This document shows, piece after piece, positions 1 to 8,816 of a DNA stretch of 64,000 nt. Each line of letters opens with the position of its first letter. The first letter of the stretch is position 1. Source of the DNA: Sulfolobales archaeon (GTDB lineage: Archaea; Thermoproteota; Thermoprotei_A; Sulfolobales; NBVN01); assembly GCA_038844925.1 (NCBI GenBank), contig JAWBQY010000004.1:7425-71424 (forward strand). The letters run 5' to 3'. A program made the translations under genes and the position numbers. Below the pieces are notes generated by a model. The model saw only the letters and a program-made list of their open reading frames with translations, had not been told where the DNA came from and did not search any database.

Positions 1-87
1 AGGGCATCTAACCATAATCTCCCAACACTCTCCAGTAAGTATAGGTAGGAGGTTAATTAAACTTTTAAAAGTTTAAGCAATCAGCAC

Positions 88-663
88 TTAGACAATCTTA
101 AAATTAAATTCCCTAACAACGCTATTGGACAGGGCATCAATTATTGATAACCTAAACTCATCGGTATTGAGGAGCGCTAAAGTAGGTAACTCTGTTAAAT
201 ATCCGGATAGGGCGCCAGGATTGAGTATAACTGTCCTACCCACTTTCTCAACCTTAGGGCTGTGTGTATGCCCATACATTATTAGGTCGTAGTAATTACT
301 TAAAGCTAAGGAGTTTACAAACCTCTCCGTCAACTCCTTAGAGCCATAACCATGTATCATTAGAACCTTCAAACTATCGATATTAACTTCTACAGGAGGT
401 TCGTACAACTCACCTGAAGTACCTAAGACCTTGAGCATTAGTACTTTATCTCCATCATTATTGCCAAATATGCCTAGAAATCTTATATTGGTATTCAATA
501 TCTTTCTCAACGTGAAAGGAGATACATAATCACCTAAATGTAGTAGTAACCCAACATCAAGTTTTGATGCGTAGGAAGTTAATCTATCAATTATTAAAAG
601 GTTATCATGAGTGTCTGAGACGATCATGACCTTCAATTCTAAACCCCGCACAGAAGGTTTCAT
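88..663 (-). CDS. Metallophosphoesterase, YfcE/MJ0936 family
   Basis: Motifs SDTHDN, HLGD, GNND, IHG, GHTH, NPG; true start may lie a few codons downstream. Confidence 0.9.
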   Translation of the reverse strand: MKPSVRGLELKVMIVSDTHDNLLIIDRLTSYASKLDVGLLLHLGDYVSPFTLRKILNTNIRFLGIFGNNDGDKVLMLKVLGTSGELYEPPVEVNIDSLKVLMIHGYGSKELTERFVNSLALSNYYDLIMYGHTHSPKVEKVGRTVILNPGALSGYLTELPTLALLNTDEFRLSIIDALSNSVVREFNFKIV

Positions 664-744
664 GGTAAAAAATAGGTTTTATTTTAATTTTTATTTTAAT
701 ACCCCTATTAAACCGCCTACCTATAATTACGGTAGCTCAGGATG

Positions 745-927
745 TTAGACTGGGTAGTCATCTGGGACTTTAGCCCTGAAATACTTACCTGACTCAGGAC
801 TCTTGAAGAGACCTATCTTAACTCCCTTCCTACCCTTAGGAGCTAAAGTCCATACCTTATCAGGTGATAGCTGAACTTCTTTACCTGTGGTAGGGTCTTT
901 AACTTTTACAGGCGGCTTCTTCGACAT
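745..927 (-). CDS. creN7: Chromatin protein Cren7
   Basis: 60 aa, [32 protein letters not shown] signature. Confidence 0.97.
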   Translation of the reverse strand: MSKKPPVKVKDPTTGKEVQLSPDKVWTLAPKGRKGVKIGLFKSPESGKYFRAKVPDDYPV

Positions 928-1181
928 AGTCTATATCACCATGATAGTAATGGTTAATCATTGTTTAAAAGTTATGTAAAACCTTTAAAGTATGATGATT
1001 ATCACAAATAAAAATTTCCTTTAAAATATGTAAAGAAATACTTTAAAAATGACTATATAAACCCTCCATGACGTCAATTAATGACAATCAGAATTTTAAC
1101 CATGCAATTAAAATGCTAAAGACTATTAAGTAATAGTAATACTAGACATCCACATCCATATTAAAAAGCTATGAGATCATT

Positions 1182-1233
1182 CTTCAGAACCCAGTCACTA
1201 ATCACCGTTCATAGCTTTTAACCCTCATCATCT
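1182..1233 (-). ncRNA. Box C/D sRNA; D' guide fits tRNA-Lys(UUU) anticodon loop
   Basis: Minus strand ATGATGA-gggttaaaagct-ATGA-acg-GTGATTA-gtgactgggtt-CTGA, canonical spacing. Confidence 0.85.
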
Positions 1234-1283
1234 ACTTAAGCCCTTACTACAGAATTTAAAATATTTGATGAACGCTAAGAAAA

Positions 1284-1339
1284 CTTCAGGCAAATGCCTT
1301 AACATCATTTAACATCAGTTCCGGAGGTACTCATCACAT
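1284..1339 (-). ncRNA. Box C/D sRNA; D guide fits 23S rRNA CAAAUGCCUUG
   Basis: Minus strand GTGATGA-gtacctccggaa-CTGA-tgttaa-ATGATGT-taaggcatttgc-CTGA. Confidence 0.88.
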
Positions 1340-1405
1340 TACTCATTATTAATTTAGCAATACTCTTAATTACCTTTCCGTCTTTTGAAAGGGGATTCTT
1401 CAGTT

Positions 1406-2443
1406 CTAAACTTCGTGAAACTTGCAGGATCTGTCCATCAATCCTAAATGTCTTAATACGTCGTTAATCACTTCTTGTAGTCCTATTCCATGTAAGGCGC
1501 TAATACAGTATGATGCTATCTCATTAAATTCCTTACGTATTAGTTCTCTAACATGTACTATCTTCTCTGGGCTAGCCGCATCTATCTTATTGATGAGGAC
1601 TAATACCTTATTAATCCCAAATTCTTTAACAATGTTTGAAAGTAGGTTAAGCTGGCTTTGTAAGCTGTAGTAAGTTTCTAGGGGGTCTATTAAGAATAGG
1701 ATTAAATCCGCTAAGTATTTTATAGCTACGTATGCTTTCTGTTCAATAACGTTTAATTCACTAATAGGTCTGTCTAGAATCCCCGGAGTGTCAACGATTT
1801 GAAGTTTAATCCCTTCCACCACGGTATGCCCCAGTATGACGTCCTTAGTCGTGAATGGAAATGATGATACCTTAGGCTTTGCTGATGAAATCCTACCAAC
1901 TAGGGTTGACTTACCCGTTTGAGGCATACCGGCAACTACGATTGTTGGGAGGTCCTCAAAACATGGCGTCTTAGAAAGCGTCCTCACAGCCTCTCTAACC
2001 ATGTTTAATTTATCTTCAGACCTTCTAATAATTGAGAGCACCCTACCGACATACTCTCTAAATAACGTCCTAGCCTCCTTGATATCTAATGAGGATTTTA
2101 CCTTAACCCTATAATGATTTGAAAGTCTATCAATAACCCTTAACTTCCCATATAAACTATTAACGCATTCGACGTAGTTATCAATACCAGCCAACCTAAT
2201 TATTTCTAGGTAGAAGCCCTCAACGGGAAGTTTGCTTAGTACTTCTAAATTATTTAGTAGCACCTTCTTCAAGTAATTACATATCTTATCTATTTTAGCA
2301 GTATATATGAATACGTACTTCCTCCTCACACCTTTAGGTACTCCCACATTAGATGAACATATTTTGAGGACGTACTCCCTAACATCGTTAAAGGTAGGTA
2401 TGCTCGTACGTCTTATTTTTTCTGTAACGCATCCCTCCTCCAA
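1406..2443 (-). CDS. NOG1-family GTPase
   Basis: GMPQTGKS, FPFTTK, DTPGILDRP, NKID, SAL motifs after a helical N-domain. Confidence 0.9.
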   Translation of the reverse strand: MEEGCVTEKIRRTSIPTFNDVREYVLKICSSNVGVPKGVRRKYVFIYTAKIDKICNYLKKVLLNNLEVLSKLPVEGFYLEIIRLAGIDNYVECVNSLYGKLRVIDRLSNHYRVKVKSSLDIKEARTLFREYVGRVLSIIRRSEDKLNMVREAVRTLSKTPCFEDLPTIVVAGMPQTGKSTLVGRISSAKPKVSSFPFTTKDVILGHTVVEGIKLQIVDTPGILDRPISELNVIEQKAYVAIKYLADLILFLIDPLETYYSLQSQLNLLSNIVKEFGINKVLVLINKIDAASPEKIVHVRELIRKEFNEIASYCISALHGIGLQEVINDVLRHLGLMDRSCKFHEV

Positions 2444-2667
2444 ATAACTTCACCATCTCTTAATATAGCTATCACCCTATGGAACGGTATTACGGTATTA
2501 CCCACTACTAACCTATCATTTAGGATCTTCACATCATCCCCTAAAGAGTACTCCTTAAAACCACTCTCACTTAACCTATCTACAACTAATACTGAGTACT
2601 TACGCCGTTCGGAACTGCTCTGCCAGTACGCCCTGTTTAACTCATTCCTAATAGTGTTAACCTTCAC
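2413..2667 (-). CDS. Small DUF504/MJ1316-like (RNA repair domain) protein
   Basis: IRNELNR..W, DR, IPFHRV..I.RDGEVIWRR pattern. Confidence 0.7.
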   Translation of the reverse strand: MKVNTIRNELNRAYWQSSSERRKYSVLVVDRLSESGFKEYSLGDDVKILNDRLVVGNTVIPFHRVIAILRDGEVIWRRDALQKK

Positions 2668-2740
2668 TTACTTACCTCCTACCTAAATCTGTTGTTAAAC
2701 CTTATATTCCTGAAAAACATGATCAATTGGTCGGTAGTAT

Positions 2741-3346
2741 ATGGCGTATAGGGAGGTAGGGACTGGCGCTACTGCGGTCGGTCTTAAAGTTAGCGAGGGC
2801 GTTGTCCTAGCAGCTGAGAAGAGGGTGGCGTACGGCGGCTACGTATTAAGTAGGGTTGGTAAGAAGGTTTTCCTCATTAAGAATAGGTTTGGATTGGCGT
2901 GTGCCGGCCTCTTCGCAGATATTCAAACTATAAGTAGGTTAATGAGTGTTGAGATACATCGATACGAGTTAGAGACTTCTAGAGCTATGAACGTTAGAAC
3001 AGCAGCTAAGCTACTGTCAATCATACTATATCAATATAAGTACATGCCCTTCCTATCTGAAGTCATCTTCGGCGGTGTTGATGATGGAGGTCCCCACATC
3101 TTCATCATGGACCCGTTAGGCTCACTCATAGAGGATGACTACGCAGCTGTCGGCACAGGTGCACCGATAGCTATAGGTGTTATTGAGAGCGAGTATAAGA
3201 ATAACTTAAGCTTAGAAGTGGCTGAGAACTTAGCTGTTAAAGCTGTTAAAGCTGCTATTTCTAGGGATGCAGTATCAGGTGACGGCGTAGATGTAGCGGT
3301 CATAAGTGCTAATAAGGCCTATGAGAAATTCTACCAGGTAGTCTAA
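2741..3346 (+). CDS. psmB: Proteasome beta subunit (type lacking the canonical Thr1 context)
   Basis: GATAVGLK..GVVLAAEKR, GTG, RDAVSGDG. Confidence 0.93.
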   Translation: MAYREVGTGATAVGLKVSEGVVLAAEKRVAYGGYVLSRVGKKVFLIKNRFGLACAGLFADIQTISRLMSVEIHRYELETSRAMNVRTAAKLLSIILYQYKYMPFLSEVIFGGVDDGGPHIFIMDPLGSLIEDDYAAVGTGAPIAIGVIESEYKNNLSLEVAENLAVKAVKAAISRDAVSGDGVDVAVISANKAYEKFYQVV

Positions 3347-3348
3347 CC

Positions 3349-3981
3349 ACGTCGAAGTACTTTAACGTTGAGAGAGCTAAGGAGTCGCAGAAATTACTAG
3401 CTAAGAAAGTAGATAGGACTTACAGCTTAGAGAGCATTAATAACGTAGTAGGGCTGGATATCTCGTACTCTAAGGATGTTGGGGTTGCTGCAGCCGTCCT
3501 CCTGGACTTCCCACAGCTAAACCTTAAAAAGTATGCCGTCGTAAAGGGGGTTGTAGAAGTACCATACATACCGGGCTTACTAGCCTTTAGGGAGGCACCG
3601 TTGATGATTAGGGCGTATGAGAAACTTAACTGTGAGGCAGACTTAATAGTAGTTGACGGGCATGGCGTCACACATCCCAGGGAATTCGGCGTAGCTTCGC
3701 ATGTGGGGTTAGTATTAGATAGGCCGACTATAGGGGTAGCTAAGAATTTACTATACGGTAGTGTGGTAAGAGGTTCTGACGGTGTGGAGTACATCATCGT
3801 CAACAACAAGGTAGGGGGCTTAGTCTACGAACGCTTAGGCAAGAAACTCTACATCTCTATAGGACATAAAATATCGATAGAATCTTTAAAGAACCTCATA
3901 CCCCGCCTCTTTAAATCCCACTACCTGCCAGAACCTACTTATATAGCTGATGCGATATCTAGGAAATTTAGGAGATCGTAA
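3349..3981 (+). CDS. nfi: Endonuclease V; extends well upstream of the ORF-track start, start codon probably ACG
   Basis: Frame open from 3325 with GLDISY and PYIPGLLAFRE upstream of 3601, then VDGHGVTHPREFGVASH, IGVAKN, PEP. Confidence 0.9.
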   Translation, partial: TSKYFNVERAKESQKLLAKKVDRTYSLESINNVVGLDISYSKDVGVAAAVLLDFPQLNLKKYAVVKGVVEVPYIPGLLAFREAPLMIRAYEKLNCEADLIVVDGHGVTHPREFGVASHVGLVLDRPTIGVAKNLLYGSVVRGSDGVEYIIVNNKVGGLVYERLGKKLYISIGHKISIESLKNLIPRLFKSHYLPEPTYIADAISRKFRRS

Positions 3982-4388
3982 TGTTAAGAGTTGAGGGGGT
4001 AGTGGTCTCAGGTAGGGGTGAGGGGAGGAAGTACGTAAGCATGCCTATTTACAGTGAATTACTTACTAAGATCTTAAAGGTTAGACCGTTTCACGGAACA
4101 TTAAACATATCCTTAAATAATTTAAGTGTTGATGAATTAATTGCTATCTGTAGCCCGGAAGTAGTTGATGACATATACGTTGAGGGGGGAACATATGGCG
4201 GTTTCTACTACTGGCGTTGTAGGGTTATTAACACGTGTAACGGTGCGTCAGAAGAAGCTGTAGTTCTAAGACCTTTCAGAACTAAAAACCCTAAAACAGT
4301 TGTTGAATTAATTTCTGATAAATATCTAAGGGAGGCCTTAAAGTTAGAGGATGGCTGCTCAGTCCTCTTAGAATTTCTATGTCGGTAG
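3981..4388 (+). CDS. ribK: CTP-dependent riboflavin kinase
   Basis: GVVVSGRGEGRKY, PFHGTLNI, VELIS..YLREALKLEDG. Confidence 0.88.
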   Translation: MLRVEGVVVSGRGEGRKYVSMPIYSELLTKILKVRPFHGTLNISLNNLSVDELIAICSPEVVDDIYVEGGTYGGFYYWRCRVINTCNGASEEAVVLRPFRTKNPKTVVELISDKYLREALKLEDGCSVLLEFLCR

Positions 4389-4395
4389 TTATTTT

Positions 4396-4827
4396 ATGAG
4401 TGATGGCTTAAGATTTAAATGCTACCGTTGTATACACTGCTGCTTCTTCGTATCTGAGGAGGAAACACCTATATTACTTGAGGATGAGGTCAGCATCCTT
4501 AAATTAGAGGCTGCTAAACTTAACGTAGATTTAATATTTACCGACTTAGGCAACGGCCTCTTCAGATGGGTGATTAGAGGGTTCTGCCCGTTCTACGATA
4601 TAGGAAATAGTAGTTGCACAATACATTCGAAGAAGCCTCTCTCCTGTAAGATCTACCCACTACTCCTGAATTTGAGGACTGGTGATATTCATGTCTCAAC
4701 AGCTTGTGACTGGGTTGTTGAAAACTCGTCTAAGTTATTAAGTAGTGGTGATATAGACTTGGAGGAAGTCTTCAAAGACGAGTTGAAGTGGTTTAAAATA
4801 TTATATAGGAAGTTACTGACTACTTAA
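4396..4827 (+). CDS. YkgJ-family cysteine cluster protein
   Basis: CxxCxxCC ... CPFYD...CTIH..KPLSCKIYP. Confidence 0.85.
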   Translation: MSDGLRFKCYRCIHCCFFVSEEETPILLEDEVSILKLEAAKLNVDLIFTDLGNGLFRWVIRGFCPFYDIGNSSCTIHSKKPLSCKIYPLLLNLRTGDIHVSTACDWVVENSSKLLSSGDIDLEEVFKDELKWFKILYRKLLTT

Positions 4828-4840
4828 ATTAGGTGTTTCA

Positions 4841-5083
4841 ATGATTCCCGGACATAAGGGATACGTAAAGACCTCAATTATATATGTAACGTATGATGAG
4901 GTAGTAGCTAATAACTTACGTGAGGAAATATCAGCGAGGTATAAGGTCCTCACGTTCAGTAAGAGTAGAGTGGTTAACGGGCTTTACTTCATAGAAATTG
5001 AAGGTAACTTTAAGGATGAGGTAGAAAAGCTTATTGATGGCAGGGCAATATGGTATAAAGTAGACGTTCTAGAATTTAAGTAG
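4841..5083 (+). CDS. Hypothetical protein
   Basis: 80-aa ORF, AGGTG SD upstream, co-oriented with preceding genes. Confidence 0.65.
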   Translation: MIPGHKGYVKTSIIYVTYDEVVANNLREEISARYKVLTFSKSRVVNGLYFIEIEGNFKDEVEKLIDGRAIWYKVDVLEFK

Positions 5084-5094
5084 TATATCCTTTC

Positions 5095-5247
5095 CTAAGC
5101 ACGTTGCTGCAGACTTCTTACGAACTCATATGCAAGAGTTATACTTAAGACTAATAACGTTACAACCTTAAGTGTGGGAGATGCTGATGTTATCATCACT
5201 AACCCGACTCCTAAAATGAGTACCAAACAGAGTGTACGTCTACTCAT
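5095..5247 (-). CDS. cedA2: Small two-TM protein, probable CedA2
   Basis: 50 aa MSRRTLCLVLILGVGLVMITSASPTLKVVTLLVLSITLAYEFVRSLQQRA, 9 nt after cedA stop; assignment by position and size only. Confidence 0.55.
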   Translation of the reverse strand: MSRRTLCLVLILGVGLVMITSASPTLKVVTLLVLSITLAYEFVRSLQQRA

Positions 5248-5256
5248 AAGGACCGC

Positions 5257-6633
5257 CTACGTTATCTTAATTGGTAACCCCCTACCACCTAATAATCTAG
5301 CTACTGAAGCTGATATCGATAGTAGTAAGGTTATGTATAGGGATGGAAGGAAGACTAATGAGAAAATAAACGCTACTCCTAAGGATATGGCATTCATTAA
5401 GATGCTGTTTACATCGTCTACGGCTATAATCCTCCTCTCACTAATTGATGGTCTTTCAGCACGTAGTGACTCATAGTTAATTTCGACTTGCGCTGTGGTA
5501 CTACTTACTACTACCTCGCATATGTTTACCTGAATTCCGTACCAGTTGAAATTATTAATTACTCCGCAATGGGTTGCTACTCCATCAACGGCTAGGTACT
5601 GAATGATAGTACTCTCAGGATATACTAGTAAGAGCTTATTGTGAGAGTGATTAGAATTGTAGATTAGGGTTAGTCTGACTGTATTATTCCCTAATACCGT
5701 ACTAGTAATTATGGCATCTAACGGCAGTGGTATTAATAACCTACCATATGCTGTAGTTAGAATTCCCGGGGCTGTTATATTTAAATTGCAGGTTCGTGTG
5801 GAATTACATACATCACTTCTTATGACGTTAGGTACTGTAGTGAATGAAAAACCGTAAAGCTCTAATTCCACCTCGTAGTTAAATTCCTTAGGAAGTAGGT
5901 CATACCCTCCTCCTAGGTTATACCTTCCTGAGCTACTTGTTAGGATGATTCCCTTCAACTCACCATCTTCGTATAGGTTGATTACTGCGTTGGGGACGGG
6001 ATTCCCCAACACGTCTAATACGTATCCTGAAATCTCAGGGTTTTCCAACCCTACATTAATGAGTGATGTTTGAAAGCCTTCTACGAAAACCGGCATTAAG
6101 GGAAGCCCTACATACAGGACTAAGGACATAGCTATTAGATATGCTCCAGAATTCTTACCTACACGCATAGGAAGTGAGTAAAGAACTACCCCAAGCAACA
6201 TCAAGTACCTATAATAGTTTAGTATGAACGAGCCTAAGAATATCAATAATCTGAGGGCTGAGATAGTTGCTGATAGGTAGCCAAGAACTACATTAATTGG
6301 TGATGAGAGGAAGAAGGTGTAGGGGTACTTTAATATACCTGACATATAGGTCAATGCGGAAAATGCGGAGAAGACCAACGCCATCCTACCACCAATCCAT
6401 GAGAAGTAATTACCCCAATCAGCACCCAACAAATTTTGCAGAAAGGTTATTAGGCTTAAAATCAGCGTAAAGCACGATATCAATACCGTTGTCGAGATAC
6501 CGTCAACTATTAGGTTTGCCCCCCATCTTTTAACAGATTTTAACGGAATCGGTAACGAATAAAGTACCACACCTAGGTTGTAGGTTAGCAATGCTAGGTT
6601 AAAGGCTATTAGTAGTAAGTCATCACTACTCAT
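5257..6633 (-). CDS. cedA: DNA import membrane protein CedA, long form with soluble insert
   Basis: LTYNLGVVLYSLPIPLKSVKRWG..LI.DG N-terminus; G..LYSLP.RVGK..GA.LIA..LVLYVGLPLMP; follows cedA1. Confidence 0.85.
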   Translation of the reverse strand: MSSDDLLLIAFNLALLTYNLGVVLYSLPIPLKSVKRWGANLIVDGISTTVLISCFTLILSLITFLQNLLGADWGNYFSWIGGRMALVFSAFSALTYMSGILKYPYTFFLSSPINVVLGYLSATISALRLLIFLGSFILNYYRYLMLLGVVLYSLPMRVGKNSGAYLIAMSLVLYVGLPLMPVFVEGFQTSLINVGLENPEISGYVLDVLGNPVPNAVINLYEDGELKGIILTSSSGRYNLGGGYDLLPKEFNYEVELELYGFSFTTVPNVIRSDVCNSTRTCNLNITAPGILTTAYGRLLIPLPLDAIITSTVLGNNTVRLTLIYNSNHSHNKLLLVYPESTIIQYLAVDGVATHCGVINNFNWYGIQVNICEVVVSSTTAQVEINYESLRAERPSISERRIIAVDDVNSILMNAISLGVAFIFSLVFLPSLYITLLLSISASVARLLGGRGLPIKIT

Positions 6634-6646
6634 TTAATGATTCCAC

Positions 6647-6910
6647 CTACGGCCTAGGTGGTGGTGGCATCGGCTGCGCAATATTTGAAGATATGTAGGA
6701 AATTAGTGAGAATATCGAACTACCTAAGGCCAACCAAAACGCAGCTATGATTGCATCCTCAATCAACGACTGCCCCGTCCTCTTCAACCTGTAGAAAGGT
6801 ACTGGGGACCCCTTCAGAGCCCAACCAACAAACCATGCTAATAGGAATATAAACCAGGAAATCGTGACTACCTGAACCGTTAAGTCCTTAACAAAATCTA
6901 CTATACTCAT
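6647..6910 (-). CDS. cedA1: DNA import pilin CedA1
   Basis: W..FLLAWFVGWALKGSPVPF.RLKRTGQSLIEDAIIAAFWLALGSSIF. Confidence 0.9.
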   Translation of the reverse strand: MSIVDFVKDLTVQVVTISWFIFLLAWFVGWALKGSPVPFYRLKRTGQSLIEDAIIAAFWLALGSSIFSLISYISSNIAQPMPPPPRP

Positions 6911-7093
6911 CTATACCCCTAAAGAAGTGAGTGCTTAAAAAATGTTAGCAGTAGTTGTACGTATACCTCCATAAGCAGAAATGTTTAGAAGATTCCCCTC
7001 ATACTTAGCAACTCATACGAGCTAGGAACGTAATGAGGTGGGGTTAAGTTTAAAAGGTTTAAGTCCCTCATAAGTAGGGGGGTTGGAGGGCCA

Positions 7094-7492
7094 ATGGTGG
7101 AAGTACATGCTTTACCAAGGTATGAAGGTGTGCAAATTACCTACAAAGTTATTGGTAAGCATGTCTACGGTAACTTATATGAGTGTGACCCCAATCTTTT
7201 ATCAGACCCTGAGTACCTAACTAAAGTTGTTGTTAACGCAGCTAAGGAAGGTAATATGACATTGTTAGATGTTAAGAGTTGGAAGATAGAGCCGGGGGTA
7301 AGCGTCGTAGCCATAATTTTAGAGTCTCATATAACAATACATACATGGCCTGAGTACGGCTTTGCAACAGTTGACGTCTATTCCTGCGGCTTACATACAG
7401 ACCCTGAGAGTTCGTTTAAGTATATAGCGAAGGCATTAAAGGCTGGGAGGTGTGATTATAAAGTCGTTGATAGGTCCTTACACCAAACTTAA
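7094..7492 (+). CDS. speH: S-adenosylmethionine decarboxylase proenzyme (pyruvoyl)
   Basis: [31 protein letters not shown]; resembles crenarchaeal SAMDC more than the ArgDC paralogue. Confidence 0.88.
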   Translation: MVEVHALPRYEGVQITYKVIGKHVYGNLYECDPNLLSDPEYLTKVVVNAAKEGNMTLLDVKSWKIEPGVSVVAIILESHITIHTWPEYGFATVDVYSCGLHTDPESSFKYIAKALKAGRCDYKVVDRSLHQT

Positions 7493-7583
7493 AGGATTTT
7501 TACTTTCTTCATCACCTTATTTAATATTGTATGGAAGTTATTAATGTAAGAGTTTATTAACCTCAAAATAAACTCTTAGTTAA

Positions 7584-7668
7584 GGAGGGTCTGCGGAAGA
7601 GTGGATTGAAGGCCCTCCAACCCCGCGGTGATTGGGGTGAGTCAATGATTAGCTCTTCCCCAACACCG
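7584..7668 (+). ncRNA. Candidate K-loop structured ncRNA
   Basis: GC-rich island ~25 nt after TTTATTAA; stem ggagggtct/aggccctcc closing GCG-GA...GA; second hairpin; ends in ACA+3 nt. Confidence 0.55.
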
Positions 7669-8763
7669 CTACAAACTCATTATATGAGTTCTAACGCGTT
7701 TTAGGAATTTTAAGGTTACCTCATTATTCCCGTAGGTGGAGATGTAGAAGCCGCTGCTTAAGTCTTTAACCCCCTCTAAAACCTCCTTAAACATTATTTC
7801 ATTAGCATCTATCACGTCATTACTTCTTAGGAGGTTTATTATACGCTCTCTTTCTAATTCATCTAGAACTATTCCTAAGGCTTTAAGTATATTCAGCCTC
7901 TCAACGTCGTCGATTACGGCGTAAGTAGCTAATAGCTTAGCATCTTGGTCGTAATTCCTTAAAGACCTCGCAAATTTTTTAAACCTATCAACATCGTAGA
8001 CCGGCTGCGTTACTATGAATTCTGCACCAGCTTTTAACTTCCTCACACACCTCAATACCTCTAAATCTAAGTAGTTACTATATTGGTTTGCAACTACCCC
8101 TATGTGCGCTGGCCTACTGCCTAAGTTAACCTGCCTTCCGCTGTAGTCAATACCTAAATCACTTAGTATTCTGCTCAAATATACAAGCTGTGTTGAATCT
8201 ACTTCGAAGAACGTGTTTACATGTTTTTTAGGCCAATCACCAGTTACTATTAAGTAATTACGTATATCACAGTTTAGCGTTGTGAGTAGGTATGAAGTTA
8301 CCTCATCTACTGATTTATTACGTGAGGCTATGTTGATCATCACGTCATGCTCTTTTAAGTAGTTCTTAATCAATAAGGCTAGAGCTAGTTGGTCGTAAGT
8401 CTTTAAGCCCATAGGCGAATCTACTATTGTGTAAACATCTACGTAGTCGGACAGCTTGCTTAACATGTTAAGTAAGTTTGGTATGTCCTGAGTAAGTGGT
8501 TGGCTGAAGACCTCGTAAACAACTGCCTTACCCCTATTAAGTAGGGTCATGAACTTTGAGAGAGCCCTTCTACTGGGTGGGTAGTAACTCCTCAACTTAA
8601 AGTAAGGCTTTAAATTCACCTTAGTGAATACTTCGTAACGCCTACTATGATCATGTAAACTTATATACACTTTAACCCAGACACACTCCCCCCTAACCTC
8701 ACATTGAGTACCTCTATACCCACCGCACGGACCGTTTAGCATGTTTTTTGGACAATTACTCAC
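7669..8763 (-). CDS. Methylenetetrahydrofolate reductase family with N-terminal MetV-like Cys domain
   Basis: CPKNMLNGPCGG..CEV..ECVW, then DSPMG, RNKS, LIVTGD, KLKAGAEFIVTQPVYD. Confidence 0.8.
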   Translation of the reverse strand: MSNCPKNMLNGPCGGYRGTQCEVRGECVWVKVYISLHDHSRRYEVFTKVNLKPYFKLRSYYPPSRRALSKFMTLLNRGKAVVYEVFSQPLTQDIPNLLNMLSKLSDYVDVYTIVDSPMGLKTYDQLALALLIKNYLKEHDVMINIASRNKSVDEVTSYLLTTLNCDIRNYLIVTGDWPKKHVNTFFEVDSTQLVYLSRILSDLGIDYSGRQVNLGSRPAHIGVVANQYSNYLDLEVLRCVRKLKAGAEFIVTQPVYDVDRFKKFARSLRNYDQDAKLLATYAVIDDVERLNILKALGIVLDELERERIINLLRSNDVIDANEIMFKEVLEGVKDLSSGFYISTYGNNEVTLKFLKRVRTHIMSL

Positions 8764-8816
8764 TCCTCATTCCTAAACGATAGTAAAACGCTTAAAGTAT
8801 TAAAATTTAGTAATTT

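Noticed and set aside
2741..3346. Proteasome beta lacking the GTTT processing site as a novelty
   Set aside because: A second, non-canonical beta paralogue is common in these archaea
3420..3809. 129-aa minus-strand ORF
   Set aside because: Shadow of endonuclease V
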